Of a stretch of DNA of 64,000 bases, positions 34,798 through 44,080 are shown one piece after another (positions within the stretch are counted from its first letter, which is position 1; every line of letters begins with the position of its first letter). The stretch comes from Thermococcus sp. JdFR-02. Its GTDB lineage: Archaea > Methanobacteriota_B > Thermococci > Thermococcales > Thermococcaceae. The stretch covers positions 32,001-96,000 of the forward strand of contig MTLP01000007.1 in the NCBI GenBank assembly GCA_002009975.1, given 5' to 3'. The position numbers and the translations under genes were made by a program. The notes beneath the pieces were generated by a model. The model had not been told where the DNA came from. It saw only the letters and a list, made by a program, of their open reading frames with translations, and did no database searches.

Positions 34798-35715
34798 ATG
34801 TGGTCGTTCAAGCTTGAAGCAAAGAACAGCTTGAGAACTAAAAAGTTTTGGTTAACAATAGTGCTGATCTCTCTAGTGTACGTTATAGCCTTTAGGGAGA
34901 TAAAGGACAACCTTAAAGCTACTACTAACCTCCAGGGGGTGTTGACTTTCAGTCTAATAGGCTATATACTTGCGAGTGCTTTTTTGTTCATAGGGTTATA
35001 TGTCCTTATTTTAGGAGCTACATCAATCAACGGTGACCTTGAAAATGGAACGGTTCAGATATCCTTAAGCAAGCCTGTTAATAGAATACAGTATCTAATC
35101 GGAAAGTTTCTTGGACAGTTCGTTTCAATCATTGTTGCACTTCTTTTCGCTACACTCCTTTCTCTTGTCATAACAAGATACTACAGCATATCCATAACAG
35201 TCAAAATAATTTCTGATCTTACAATAGCCAATGCTCTCACGCTCCTCTCAATGCTTCAGCTACTCGCACTCGGCTTACTTATCTCAACCTTCATTCGCTC
35301 TCAGAACACTGCTATCAGCGTTGTTCTCATCCTCTTCCTTGTTACCGGATTGGTGGCACCTCAAATAGTCGACAGCATGGCAAAAGACAGAGCTAGAGAA
35401 GAGTTCCACATCAAAACACCTGAAGATGCCATGAAGATGCCTGTTGAGGAACGCAACAAGTATCACCAACGTCAAATAGAACTCCAGAAGGAGTACCACT
35501 TAAGATACCTGTTCTACATTCCTCAAGTGCTCCTTGAGGATATAGTGATAGATATGCAGAGAACCACTTTTATCAAGGGGAAGATCAGAACAGAGTATAT
35601 CAGGGCTTGGGACGCCATCAAGAACAATCCTTTGAGGGTCTCTCTTCTTGTGGGACTAACCTTGGTCTATCTAATCATGGCAGTTTTTCGCTTTGTTAGA
35701 ATGGACCTGAGGTGA
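34798..35715 (+). CDS. ABC-2 type exporter permease
   Basis: DLENGTVQISLSKPVNRIQYLIGKFLG; C-terminal FVRMDLR. Confidence 0.88.
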   Translation: MWSFKLEAKNSLRTKKFWLTIVLISLVYVIAFREIKDNLKATTNLQGVLTFSLIGYILASAFLFIGLYVLILGATSINGDLENGTVQISLSKPVNRIQYLIGKFLGQFVSIIVALLFATLLSLVITRYYSISITVKIISDLTIANALTLLSMLQLLALGLLISTFIRSQNTAISVVLILFLVTGLVAPQIVDSMAKDRAREEFHIKTPEDAMKMPVEERNKYHQRQIELQKEYHLRYLFYIPQVLLEDIVIDMQRTTFIKGKIRTEYIRAWDAIKNNPLRVSLLVGLTLVYLIMAVFRFVRMDLR

Positions 35716-36635
35716 CAATTGTGTTGAGAATTGAGAATCTAATCAAGATTTACAAGGATATTAGGGCTTTGGATGGCTTGAATTTGGAGGTTAAAGAGGG
35801 GCAGATTTACGGATTTTTAGGACCTAACGGTGCCGGGAAGACAACAACAATCCTGAGCATTCTTGGAATGATATTCCCGCAGAAGGGCAGGATAGAAGTG
35901 CTAGGTGAGGAAGTCTTCAACGGAAAGTTCGATGAAGAGAAGCTCATCAAAGTCAAGTACATGATTGGTTACATGCCTGAGGACGCTACACTCTGGGATT
36001 TTTTAACGCCAATGCAGACGCTTGACATTATTGGTGAAGCTTTTAAAATGTCCAAAGCAGAGAGGCAAAAACGCTCAGAGGAGCTTTTAAAGCTCGTCGG
36101 CTTATGGGACGTCAAAGATAAAAAAGTTGGCAAGCTCTCAAAAGGAATGCGCCAGCGTTTATTGTTGGCACAGGCGCTCATTAATGATCCAGAACTTTTA
36201 ATCTTGGACGAGCCCATGAGCGGATTAGATCCAAAAGGTATTGCTGAATTCAAAGAGTTGATTAGGCAGTTCAACAAGGAAGGAAAAACAGTCTTCTTTT
36301 CATCGCACATCTTAGCTCATGTCGAAGAAATCTGCGACACTGTTGGCGTTATTGTTAAAGGAAAGCTGAGAGCCCAAGACTCTTTGGACAATATTAAAAA
36401 AGAGTTCTTAAGACGGGCTGGCCACACGATACTGATTGAGACAAACAAACCCATCCATATAGATCTTGAGGGAGTCAAAGTTGAGGTTATTGGTACTAAT
36501 AAATACAGGATTATCACAAGCAAAGATGTTAGGGAAGAACTCCACGACTTGATAGCAGTTCAAAACGCAAAAATTCTAACAATGCAGATTAAAGAGCCGA
36601 GCTTGGAAGAAATATTCCTAAAAATGATCGAATAA
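35712..36635 (+). CDS. ABC exporter ATP-binding subunit
   Basis: GPNGAGKTT, LSKGMRQR, ILDEPMSGLDP, SSH. Confidence 0.93.
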   Translation: MTIVLRIENLIKIYKDIRALDGLNLEVKEGQIYGFLGPNGAGKTTTILSILGMIFPQKGRIEVLGEEVFNGKFDEEKLIKVKYMIGYMPEDATLWDFLTPMQTLDIIGEAFKMSKAERQKRSEELLKLVGLWDVKDKKVGKLSKGMRQRLLLAQALINDPELLILDEPMSGLDPKGIAEFKELIRQFNKEGKTVFFSSHILAHVEEICDTVGVIVKGKLRAQDSLDNIKKEFLRRAGHTILIETNKPIHIDLEGVKVEVIGTNKYRIITSKDVREELHDLIAVQNAKILTMQIKEPSLEEIFLKMIE

Positions 36636-36704
36636 AGTTTTTCATGTTCATCCCGTGAAATAATGAGGCATATGCTGATGAGACAGATTTAAGGGAGGTG
36701 GGGG
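36631..36704 (+). repeat. Precursor-upstream element, copy 2
   Basis: aataaagtttttcatgttcatcccgtgaa...atgaggcatatgctgatgag...aagggaggtg aligns with copy 1. Confidence 0.6.
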
Positions 36705-36829
36705 ATGAAGTTGGAGATTTTAAACAAAGAAGAAACCCTTAAAGGAATGCTACCAAACTCCTGCCTACTCCAGCAGACTGGATTTGTTGGTGGCTAGAGG
36801 ACTACTGTGATCTTCACGAGCCATATTGA
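36705..36829 (+). pseudogene. Third RiPP precursor, frameshifted
   Basis: GGGAGGTG SD; MKLEILNKEETLKGMLPNSC, then the -1 frame reads PTPADWICWWLEDYCDLHEPY*. Confidence 0.6.
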
Positions 36830-36929
36830 ATTATGAGCCAATTGTTCCTCCCCACTTTTTTTAATTATTTAGGGAGTAGGAGGTGCTACCTTCATAATTC
36901 AAGCACAGGATAATAAAGGAGGGAGTGTA

Positions 36930-37976
36930 TTGAACCAGAGAGTATTTTTAACAAGTGTTAAAAGAATATCAGAGATTGCAATAATCTCTATTTTAATTCT
37001 GCTTATCCTGACATCACTGACTGTTGAAGCCAAGAAGAAAACCCTTATTAACAATAACATGAACCTGCCTCTTTTCTTATGGTACGCTTCAAACAAAACT
37101 GCACAAGAGGAAGCCAAAGTACTTGGAATGAATCAAACAGAGTACTTAGAGTACGTAATCCTTAGAAAATTCGGTTTGAACAAACCGCTCTATGTCTTGA
37201 TTCCCCAACAAATTAAAAGCGCGATAACTTATATTGGGCAGAATAGGGAGTATATACTCATCTCCACTTTTAGAACTGTTCTTCTTCTCCTACTCGTTCA
37301 AGGTTTTATCTTGGTATTTGGTCTGCTCATTGGAGTTCTAGCTGGTTATAAAAGAGACGGCTTTTTGGATAAGCTAGTTTCAACATTGGCGCCTGTGTCA
37401 AACGGAGTTCCCAGCTGGTGGATTGCGGGCATGTTACTCCTTATTCTTTCTCTCAAATTTAATCTATTTCCCGCTTCGGGATATATGTCAATACCTCCAA
37501 AGACGGGTCTTTATTATTATTATCTTGATATTGCTAAGCACTTAGTTCTCCCATTTTTAGCCCTCTTTCTAGCTCGTTTCTGGGAATATGCTTTTATTGT
37601 TAGGAGCTTAATTTTTGAGGAGTTCAAAAGGGATTATATACTCGTTGCTGAAGCTAAAGGTGTTCCAAAAAAGAAAATTTTATGGGGACATGCCCTAAGA
37701 AATATCCTTCCCTCATTCCTTACCTTCACAACATACAACTTTCTCGACCTGCTCACAAGTGTCTTTGTGATTGATATAGTTTTCGATTTAAGAGGACTTG
37801 GGACTTTGTTAAGGATAAGCTTTTTCAGAACACTTGTAAGTGCTAGGGGAATTTTCACAACATTGAGACCAGAGCTTTTCCTTTCTATTTGTATTATTAT
37901 CATGATCCTGTACTTGGTTGTATCCGCAATCTTAGAGACCCTCTACATTTACCTCGATCCAAGAATTGGGGGATAA
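36930..37976 (+). CDS. DppB/OppB-like ABC permease
   Basis: GVPSWWIA and DYILVAEAKGV (EAA loop) motifs; YLDPRI C-terminus. Confidence 0.85.
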   Translation: MNQRVFLTSVKRISEIAIISILILLILTSLTVEAKKKTLINNNMNLPLFLWYASNKTAQEEAKVLGMNQTEYLEYVILRKFGLNKPLYVLIPQQIKSAITYIGQNREYILISTFRTVLLLLLVQGFILVFGLLIGVLAGYKRDGFLDKLVSTLAPVSNGVPSWWIAGMLLLILSLKFNLFPASGYMSIPPKTGLYYYYLDIAKHLVLPFLALFLARFWEYAFIVRSLIFEEFKRDYILVAEAKGVPKKKILWGHALRNILPSFLTFTTYNFLDLLTSVFVIDIVFDLRGLGTLLRISFFRTLVSARGIFTTLRPELFLSICIIIMILYLVVSAILETLYIYLDPRIGG

Positions 37977-37980
37977 GTAA

Positions 37981-39306
37981 ATGATTGAAGAAAAATCCAT
38001 TAAATATGGTTTCCTGATCATAACCTCTTTCATCCTTTTATCTCTCCTAACTCCCTTTATAGTTCCTGAGGAAAGGGTTAAGTACTGGAACGATGGTAAT
38101 TACTGGATTAAGAATCCTAAACTTGCGCCACCCAAGTGGTACAACTATTTTACAAGCAAAGACAGAACACCAACTGAGATTCTCACTCCAAAACAAAAGA
38201 AAATTGAGAATTTTAATTCTTTAAGGATGTACAATTTCTCCTTTGAATATGACTACACTTATTATGTTCCTCCTCAAGATATTTGGATAAATCTTAATGT
38301 TAATTCGAGCAATGCACTTTATGAGGTTTCCTTTATCCGTCCAGATAGGATCAATATTCTGCTCCTTCAAGGGGAAGTCCAAAAGGGAGAAATCTCCCTA
38401 AAAACACGTCAAGAAGTCAGAAAAACTGTCATGAACTTTGCAATGGAGAAGCTTGATGTAAAGACATTCAACCAGCTCACCTTCAATCCCTTTGAATACC
38501 TTTTTTCATCCAAAAGCGGAAATCCTCTGAAGGGTGTTTATAGAATTGATGTTGTTATTTACTCTTTTAATCAGAGTGATGTTATTGAAGAGCCGAGCAT
38601 TAGAATTGTGGGAAGTTGCTATGGGATTTTAGGGACTGATAATATGGGAAGAGACTTATTTGTGGGTTTTATATGGGCTATGAGGAATACACTATTTTTA
38701 GCTTTATTTGTCGCTCTCTTCACAGTGTTTTTTGGAACACTCTTTGGTTTAATAACTGGTTACATAGATTCAAGATTAAGTAAAGCTCTTGAATTTGTAA
38801 ACAAAGTTTTCCTTGCTCTTCCTGTTCTTCCAACTGCTTTAATCATAACATATCTCATCTCGGTTCAGAGTGTGGGTAAGAGCGTGGAGCTTTCAACATT
38901 TGAGTTTTCAATTATACTGAGTGCATTACTTTGGGGAAAACCTGCACGGAGTATAAAGGCAATTGTTGAACAAGAAAAGGTTCAAGAATACGTTACTGTT
39001 GCTGAAAGCATTGGTGCAAGCAAATTCTATATTCTAAGAAGACATATATTGAAAAAAGTCCTCCCTTACTCTTTTGCAGTTCTCTCAATAACAGTTCCAA
39101 AGGTCATTGTTCTTATTTCGCTTTTTGGATTTTTTGGTATCGTTCCTGGGATTAATTGGGGCTCTTTCATGGCTGAAGCATTGGAAAGGGGTGGATTTTA
39201 TGGTGGTGTTTGGTGGTGGATAATTCCACCAGGATTAGCAATAGCCTTGATTGGGATTGGCTTCGTCTTGATAAATAAGGGAATAGAAAAATGGTTAGGA
39301 ATATAG
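37981..39306 (+). CDS. DppC/OppC-like ABC permease with a large extracellular insertion
   Basis: LGTDNMGRDL, EYVTVAESIGAS, WWWIIPPG. Confidence 0.85.
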   Translation: MIEEKSIKYGFLIITSFILLSLLTPFIVPEERVKYWNDGNYWIKNPKLAPPKWYNYFTSKDRTPTEILTPKQKKIENFNSLRMYNFSFEYDYTYYVPPQDIWINLNVNSSNALYEVSFIRPDRINILLLQGEVQKGEISLKTRQEVRKTVMNFAMEKLDVKTFNQLTFNPFEYLFSSKSGNPLKGVYRIDVVIYSFNQSDVIEEPSIRIVGSCYGILGTDNMGRDLFVGFIWAMRNTLFLALFVALFTVFFGTLFGLITGYIDSRLSKALEFVNKVFLALPVLPTALIITYLISVQSVGKSVELSTFEFSIILSALLWGKPARSIKAIVEQEKVQEYVTVAESIGASKFYILRRHILKKVLPYSFAVLSITVPKVIVLISLFGFFGIVPGINWGSFMAEALERGGFYGGVWWWIIPPGLAIALIGIGFVLINKGIEKWLGI

Positions 39307-40620
39307 CTACGCTAGCATTTCTTTAACTTCCTTAGCTATCTTTTCAATTTCAATGCTCTTCTGTTCTCCGCTTATCATGTCTCTAATAGTTGCTTTTCCT
39401 TCAGCCAAATCTCTCTTTCCAAGTATTATCACGAGAGGTATTTCAACTTTATCTGCATATTCTAAAGCCTTTCTGAGCTTTCTCCCTTGTAACTCATACT
39501 CTGCTTTAATTCTTTCTTTTCTTAGCATTTGGGTTATTTCAATAACTTTCTTTTTAATTTCAAGCTCTTTTCCAATATAAACAACCAAAACGTCAGAGCT
39601 TAATCTAAGGTTAGGTAATAGACCTTTGCTTTCTAAAATTGGGATTAAACGTTCAATTCCAATGGCAAAGCCTGTTGCTGGGGTTGGTTTTCCTCCAAAG
39701 ACCTCAATTAAGTTGTCATATCTTCCACCGCCACCAATTGAACCTATCCCCAAATCGTTTTCTGCAATGGCTTCAAAAACTATGCTTGTGTAATAATCAA
39801 AACCTCTCGCAATTCCAAAGTCAATTAAAGCATAATCATAAACGCCGTAAGCCTTTAAAAGTTCAAAAAGCTCTTCTATTTTCTTCAGCTCTTCTTTAGC
39901 CTCTTTGCTTGTAAAAAGCTCGTAAGCTTTTGGTAAAACTTCATCTGGTTTTCCTTTAAGCTCAATTAGAGAGAACACCTTTTCTATTGCATCATCATTT
40001 AAGCCGAAGTCTTTTAACGCTTCTATAAACTCTTCTCTGCTCATCTTATCTTTCTTATCAATCAAGCGCATTAAGCCAATATCATCTTTAACGCCAAGCA
40101 TTTTAGCGAATTCGTCAAGGAGAATTCTATCGCCAATGTTTAGTGTGAAATCTTTTAGCCCAGTACTCAAATATGATTCAATCATTAAGGCAATAACCTC
40201 AGCATCGGCTTCAATATTTGGTGAACCTATTAACTCTACCCCAGCTTGCCAGAATTCCCTTAAGCGACCGCTTTGTGGTTCCTCATAGCGGAACATGTTC
40301 GTTATATAGTACCACTTTACTGGTTTTGGAGCGTTTTGAAATTTATTTACAAATAAACGAGCAACACTTGAAGTTAAATCTGGTCTTAGAGAGACATCTC
40401 TGCCGCCTTTATCTTTAAATGCATACAGCTGTTTTACGACCTCTTCACCGCTCCTCAATTGGAAAAGCTTCGTATATTCAAAGGTTGGTGTTAGGATTTC
40501 TTTAAAGCCATAAACCTCAAAAACTTCTCTTATTCTCTCAAATACATATCTTCTTTTTACCATATCCTCTGGAAGCAGATCCCTTGTTCCTTTGACTCTC
40601 TCAATTTGTTGCTTTGCCAT
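39307..40620 (-). CDS. hisS: Histidine--tRNA ligase
   Basis: KGTRDL, LRPDLT, RYEEPQSGRLREFWQ, RGFDYYT, GGGRYD. Confidence 0.98.
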   Translation of the reverse strand: MAKQQIERVKGTRDLLPEDMVKRRYVFERIREVFEVYGFKEILTPTFEYTKLFQLRSGEEVVKQLYAFKDKGGRDVSLRPDLTSSVARLFVNKFQNAPKPVKWYYITNMFRYEEPQSGRLREFWQAGVELIGSPNIEADAEVIALMIESYLSTGLKDFTLNIGDRILLDEFAKMLGVKDDIGLMRLIDKKDKMSREEFIEALKDFGLNDDAIEKVFSLIELKGKPDEVLPKAYELFTSKEAKEELKKIEELFELLKAYGVYDYALIDFGIARGFDYYTSIVFEAIAENDLGIGSIGGGGRYDNLIEVFGGKPTPATGFAIGIERLIPILESKGLLPNLRLSSDVLVVYIGKELEIKKKVIEITQMLRKERIKAEYELQGRKLRKALEYADKVEIPLVIILGKRDLAEGKATIRDMISGEQKSIEIEKIAKEVKEMLA

Positions 40621-40693
40621 TTCTCCCACCTAAAGGCATAAAGCATAGAGCAGTTAAAAATTTTGTTAATACCCTTTTGTCACATTAACAAAG

Positions 40694-41305
40694 CTAACTT
40701 TGAGTACTTAAAAGTTTTAGGAATATTCCACCAACACCCTCTACCATCATCTGTGCCCCTATTGCCATGGTGAACAAACCTATGATCCTTATGAACACTC
40801 CTAAAGTTGTTTTCTTTACATTCTGAGCTAAATATAACGTGACCACCATTATCAACGCTGTTAATCCGATTGCAATTAGGATTGCAGATGTTGAAATTGC
40901 TATTCCATATTCAGCGGTTAAAGTTATTGCCGTTGTTATTGCGGCTGGACCAGCAATTAAAGGAGTAGCAACTGGGACTGCAGCTAAAGCTAATATATTT
41001 TTCTCCTTTTTTAGTGTTACCATTCCACCGCCTTCCAAAGCTTCCAAGCCAATTTTAAAAAGGACAAAACCTCCAGCAACTTTTAGGGCATTTAAATCTA
41101 TGTGGAATATCTCCTGGAGGATTATCTTCCCAGCTAAGGCAAAGACTATTAAGAGCAGAAAACCGATTAGGTTTGCCCTAATAATAAGCTGTTTTATATC
41201 CCTTAGATGGAAATCTTCCTTGAGTAGCGTAATTAACAGGATTTTATCGCTTGGATCAATCATGATGAGCATTAAAAGGGCACTGCTGAGAATTTCTGCA
41301 ATCAT
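40694..41305 (-). CDS. MarC family membrane protein
   Basis: [15 protein letters not shown] motif; 6 TM. Confidence 0.9.
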   Translation of the reverse strand: MIAEILSSALLMLIMIDPSDKILLITLLKEDFHLRDIKQLIIRANLIGFLLLIVFALAGKIILQEIFHIDLNALKVAGGFVLFKIGLEALEGGGMVTLKKEKNILALAAVPVATPLIAGPAAITTAITLTAEYGIAISTSAILIAIGLTALIMVVTLYLAQNVKKTTLGVFIRIIGLFTMAIGAQMMVEGVGGIFLKLLSTQS

Positions 41306-41356
41306 TTTCCTCACCAAAGGGTTTTAAACAGGTGCGCTTTAAAAAACTATGGTTTT

Positions 41357-41412
41357 GCAATGATGAAACCGGCACTGGATGAATGGTGATTAGTGCTCGG
41401 TTGTCTGAGCAG
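41357..41412 (+). ncRNA. C/D box methylation-guide sRNA
   Basis: ATGATGA-aaccggcactgg-ATGA-atgg-TGATTA-gtgctcggttgt-CTGA with a short terminal stem. Confidence 0.85.
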
Positions 41413-41439
41413 AAAAGCAAATAAAAAAGGGAATAAAAT

Positions 41440-42513
41440 TCATCCCCTTTCCTTAACAATCTCATCTGCACTTTTGCCTTCAACCATAAGCTTTGTCCAT
41501 TCCTCAAGCCATCTTGAATAATTCTTCTCTATCTCTTTTGGATCGAGGGTTACTATCTTATCAGGCTTTACAGCGTATTTGAATACTTCTGGCAGAGGGG
41601 CATTTTTATTTGCAGGGAACATCCAATTGGTTAATGGAATCTCCTTTTGGAATTCCTCGCTTAAAACAAACTCAATGAATTTTTGGGCTAGCTCTTTGTG
41701 CTTTGCTCCCTTTACTAACCCAATGCCTTCAATTTGTGGATATCCACCTTCTTTGAAGATTATTGCTCCAATATTTGGCTCTTTTCCACCTGCGTAAGCT
41801 GAATAGGCTGGATCTGTGGCATAGCTAACAAAGAGAGGAGCTTCTCCTTTGTCCCACATCTCCCATCCAGAATCCCAGCCTTTTGTGATTGTGTATATAT
41901 TTGGCTTTAGCTTTTCCCAGAAGTAGAGATATCCCGGATCTCCATAGACGGCTATGGTCCAAAGCAAGAAGGCTGCTCCAGTTGAGCTTGTCCTTGGATC
42001 TTCGACTATTAAGCTTTTGCTCCATTCTGGTTTCAATAAATCCTCAAAGCTTTGTGGTGGGTTTTTAACCTCATCTTTACGGTAAACCACCGCTATGAAT
42101 CCATAATCAAAGGGGACTACATGATAAGTTGGGTCAAAAATTAACTCTTGAGGAACAACGTCAATATTGCTTGGCTTGAAAGGCTCTAAGACACCAGATT
42201 CTATAGCTTTAGCTATTAAATTGTTATCTATTCCAATAACTACGTCAGCCCTTGGGTTGTCTTTCTCAAGAATTAGCCTGTTTAGAACTTCTCCAGCATC
42301 TCCAAGTGTTATCAACTTGACTTTTACCCCATATTTTTCTTCAAACTTAGGAATTGTTGCATTTGCTAATCCCCAGCTTACAAAGCTGTCGTAAGTATAA
42401 ACTACTAATTCCTGTTCTTTTGGACTCTCTGTCTCTGAAGTTTCTTTTCCAATACACCCAAATACTGGGACAATTAAAAGCATCAGGCTTAAGAGCAATG
42501 CAGCTTTTTTCAT
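41440..42513 (-). CDS. Thiamine ABC transporter substrate-binding lipoprotein (TbpA/ThiB)
   Basis: Lipobox-like VFGC; VYTYDSF, DPRTSSTG, SYATDPAY, NWMFP. Confidence 0.88.
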   Translation of the reverse strand: MKKAALLLSLMLLIVPVFGCIGKETSETESPKEQELVVYTYDSFVSWGLANATIPKFEEKYGVKVKLITLGDAGEVLNRLILEKDNPRADVVIGIDNNLIAKAIESGVLEPFKPSNIDVVPQELIFDPTYHVVPFDYGFIAVVYRKDEVKNPPQSFEDLLKPEWSKSLIVEDPRTSSTGAAFLLWTIAVYGDPGYLYFWEKLKPNIYTITKGWDSGWEMWDKGEAPLFVSYATDPAYSAYAGGKEPNIGAIIFKEGGYPQIEGIGLVKGAKHKELAQKFIEFVLSEEFQKEIPLTNWMFPANKNAPLPEVFKYAVKPDKIVTLDPKEIEKNYSRWLEEWTKLMVEGKSADEIVKERG

Positions 42514-42593
42514 ACTCTCACCCCTATAACAGATTTTTCAATTTTCAAAAATTGGTAATTAAAGGAGACTTTTAAAGCTTTGCTTACTTTTTG

Positions 42594-43517
42594 TTAATGC
42601 ATGGATTGGGCGTACATGTATATGAAGTAGGAATAAACAAGCATTAAGAACGCTCCAACCTTTCTATCGACTTTATGACCCAAAATAAGGGAGGATGTTA
42701 ATGTTAACATTACTAGCATTGTTATTGGCATAGTGAAGGTTATAACACTTCCATCAACTTGTATTGGTCTTATGATGGCGGCAATACCTATTACCATTAG
42801 AATATCCAAGATATTTGCACCGATGACGTTGCCAACGCTGATATTTGGTAATCTTTTAAATGTAGCCGTTAGAGAGTTTGCAAGCTCAGGTAATGAAGTT
42901 CCCACGGAAACCAAGGTGAGACCTATCACAACTTCCGGGATTCCAAAGGCTCTTGCAAGTGTTACAGCACTATTCACGACCATTTTAGCACCAATCACAA
43001 CAACCATACCGCTTAAAAACATTATAACTGCTTCTCTCTTAGGATTTCCTCTACTTTCATTTACCTCTCCAATGCTGACATGTTTTTTGTAAAGATAATA
43101 CAAAAACCCGAGATAGATTAGTATTAGCGAAAAACCTTCAAGACGTGAGATTACTCCATTATACATCAAAAGCCATGCATAAGCTGTTACAGCAACCATA
43201 AATAAAGAGTTACGCCAAGCTATCTCCTCAACTTTTAGAGGTCTTATTAAAGAACAGATGCCCAAAATTAATGCGATGTTTGCTAAAGCACTTCCAACAG
43301 CATTTCCTATGGCAATTCCGCTCTTCCCTATATATGCCGCCATTGCAGAAACAGTTACCTCTGGTAGGGTCGTTGCTACACTTGCTAAAACTAATGCTAT
43401 CAAGAACTCGCTAACTCCAAAACCTTTAGCAACTCTTGATGCTGATTCTACAAATTTATCACTACCCTTTATCAGGAAGGCTAAACCTACTATGAATATG
43501 ATTATCTCTTTTACCAT
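42594..43517 (-). CDS. Ca2+/Na+ antiporter (CaCA family)
   Basis: ATTLPE and GTSLPE alpha repeats. Confidence 0.92.
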   Translation of the reverse strand: MVKEIIIFIVGLAFLIKGSDKFVESASRVAKGFGVSEFLIALVLASVATTLPEVTVSAMAAYIGKSGIAIGNAVGSALANIALILGICSLIRPLKVEEIAWRNSLFMVAVTAYAWLLMYNGVISRLEGFSLILIYLGFLYYLYKKHVSIGEVNESRGNPKREAVIMFLSGMVVVIGAKMVVNSAVTLARAFGIPEVVIGLTLVSVGTSLPELANSLTATFKRLPNISVGNVIGANILDILMVIGIAAIIRPIQVDGSVITFTMPITMLVMLTLTSSLILGHKVDRKVGAFLMLVYSYFIYMYAQSMH

Positions 43518-43561
43518 CTTTCTCGTCCCATGCAACTAAAGGAATGCCATGATTTAAAATG

Positions 43562-44080
43562 TTATCCCTCATAGCCTTCAGCTTTCTCTCCTCTGCTTTC
43601 CATTTTTATAACGTAGTCTGCTGCATTTTGTAGAGCTACACTGAATCCCGGCTCAATTCCGATAATCACAGCTTCCTTCCCTTTCCTTTTTGCTTCACTT
43701 ATAATTGGTAAGAAATCGGCATCCCTTGTAGCCAAAGCTAAGACATCAACATCCGAATTATAAATCAACTCCATTGCTTCTATAGCAACTCTAACATCTG
43801 TATCTCCAGCAACAATAATAGGTTCAAAACCTTGGTTCACGATGGCTTCAATCAATCCTTGAGGAGCGTATTGGTTTAAAACAACCTTAGCAACTCTTAT
43901 TTTTCCAAGTCTCTCTAAAGCTTCTTTAATATCTTCAAGGTGAAGTCCAAATTCCTTCCTTAAAATGTTTGGACCATCAATTATCAATCCCACTGACCTT
44001 TTTGTTTCCTCCTTCTTTTTTGGCTTAACCTCTTTAGCTTCCTCACCTTTCCTTAGTATCTTGAAGAGCCTTTTTCTCAT
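43562..44080 (-). CDS. NYN-domain protein
   Basis: [19 protein letters not shown]. Confidence 0.88.
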   Translation of the reverse strand: MRKRLFKILRKGEEAKEVKPKKKEETKRSVGLIIDGPNILRKEFGLHLEDIKEALERLGKIRVAKVVLNQYAPQGLIEAIVNQGFEPIIVAGDTDVRVAIEAMELIYNSDVDVLALATRDADFLPIISEAKRKGKEAVIIGIEPGFSVALQNAADYVIKMESRGEKAEGYEG

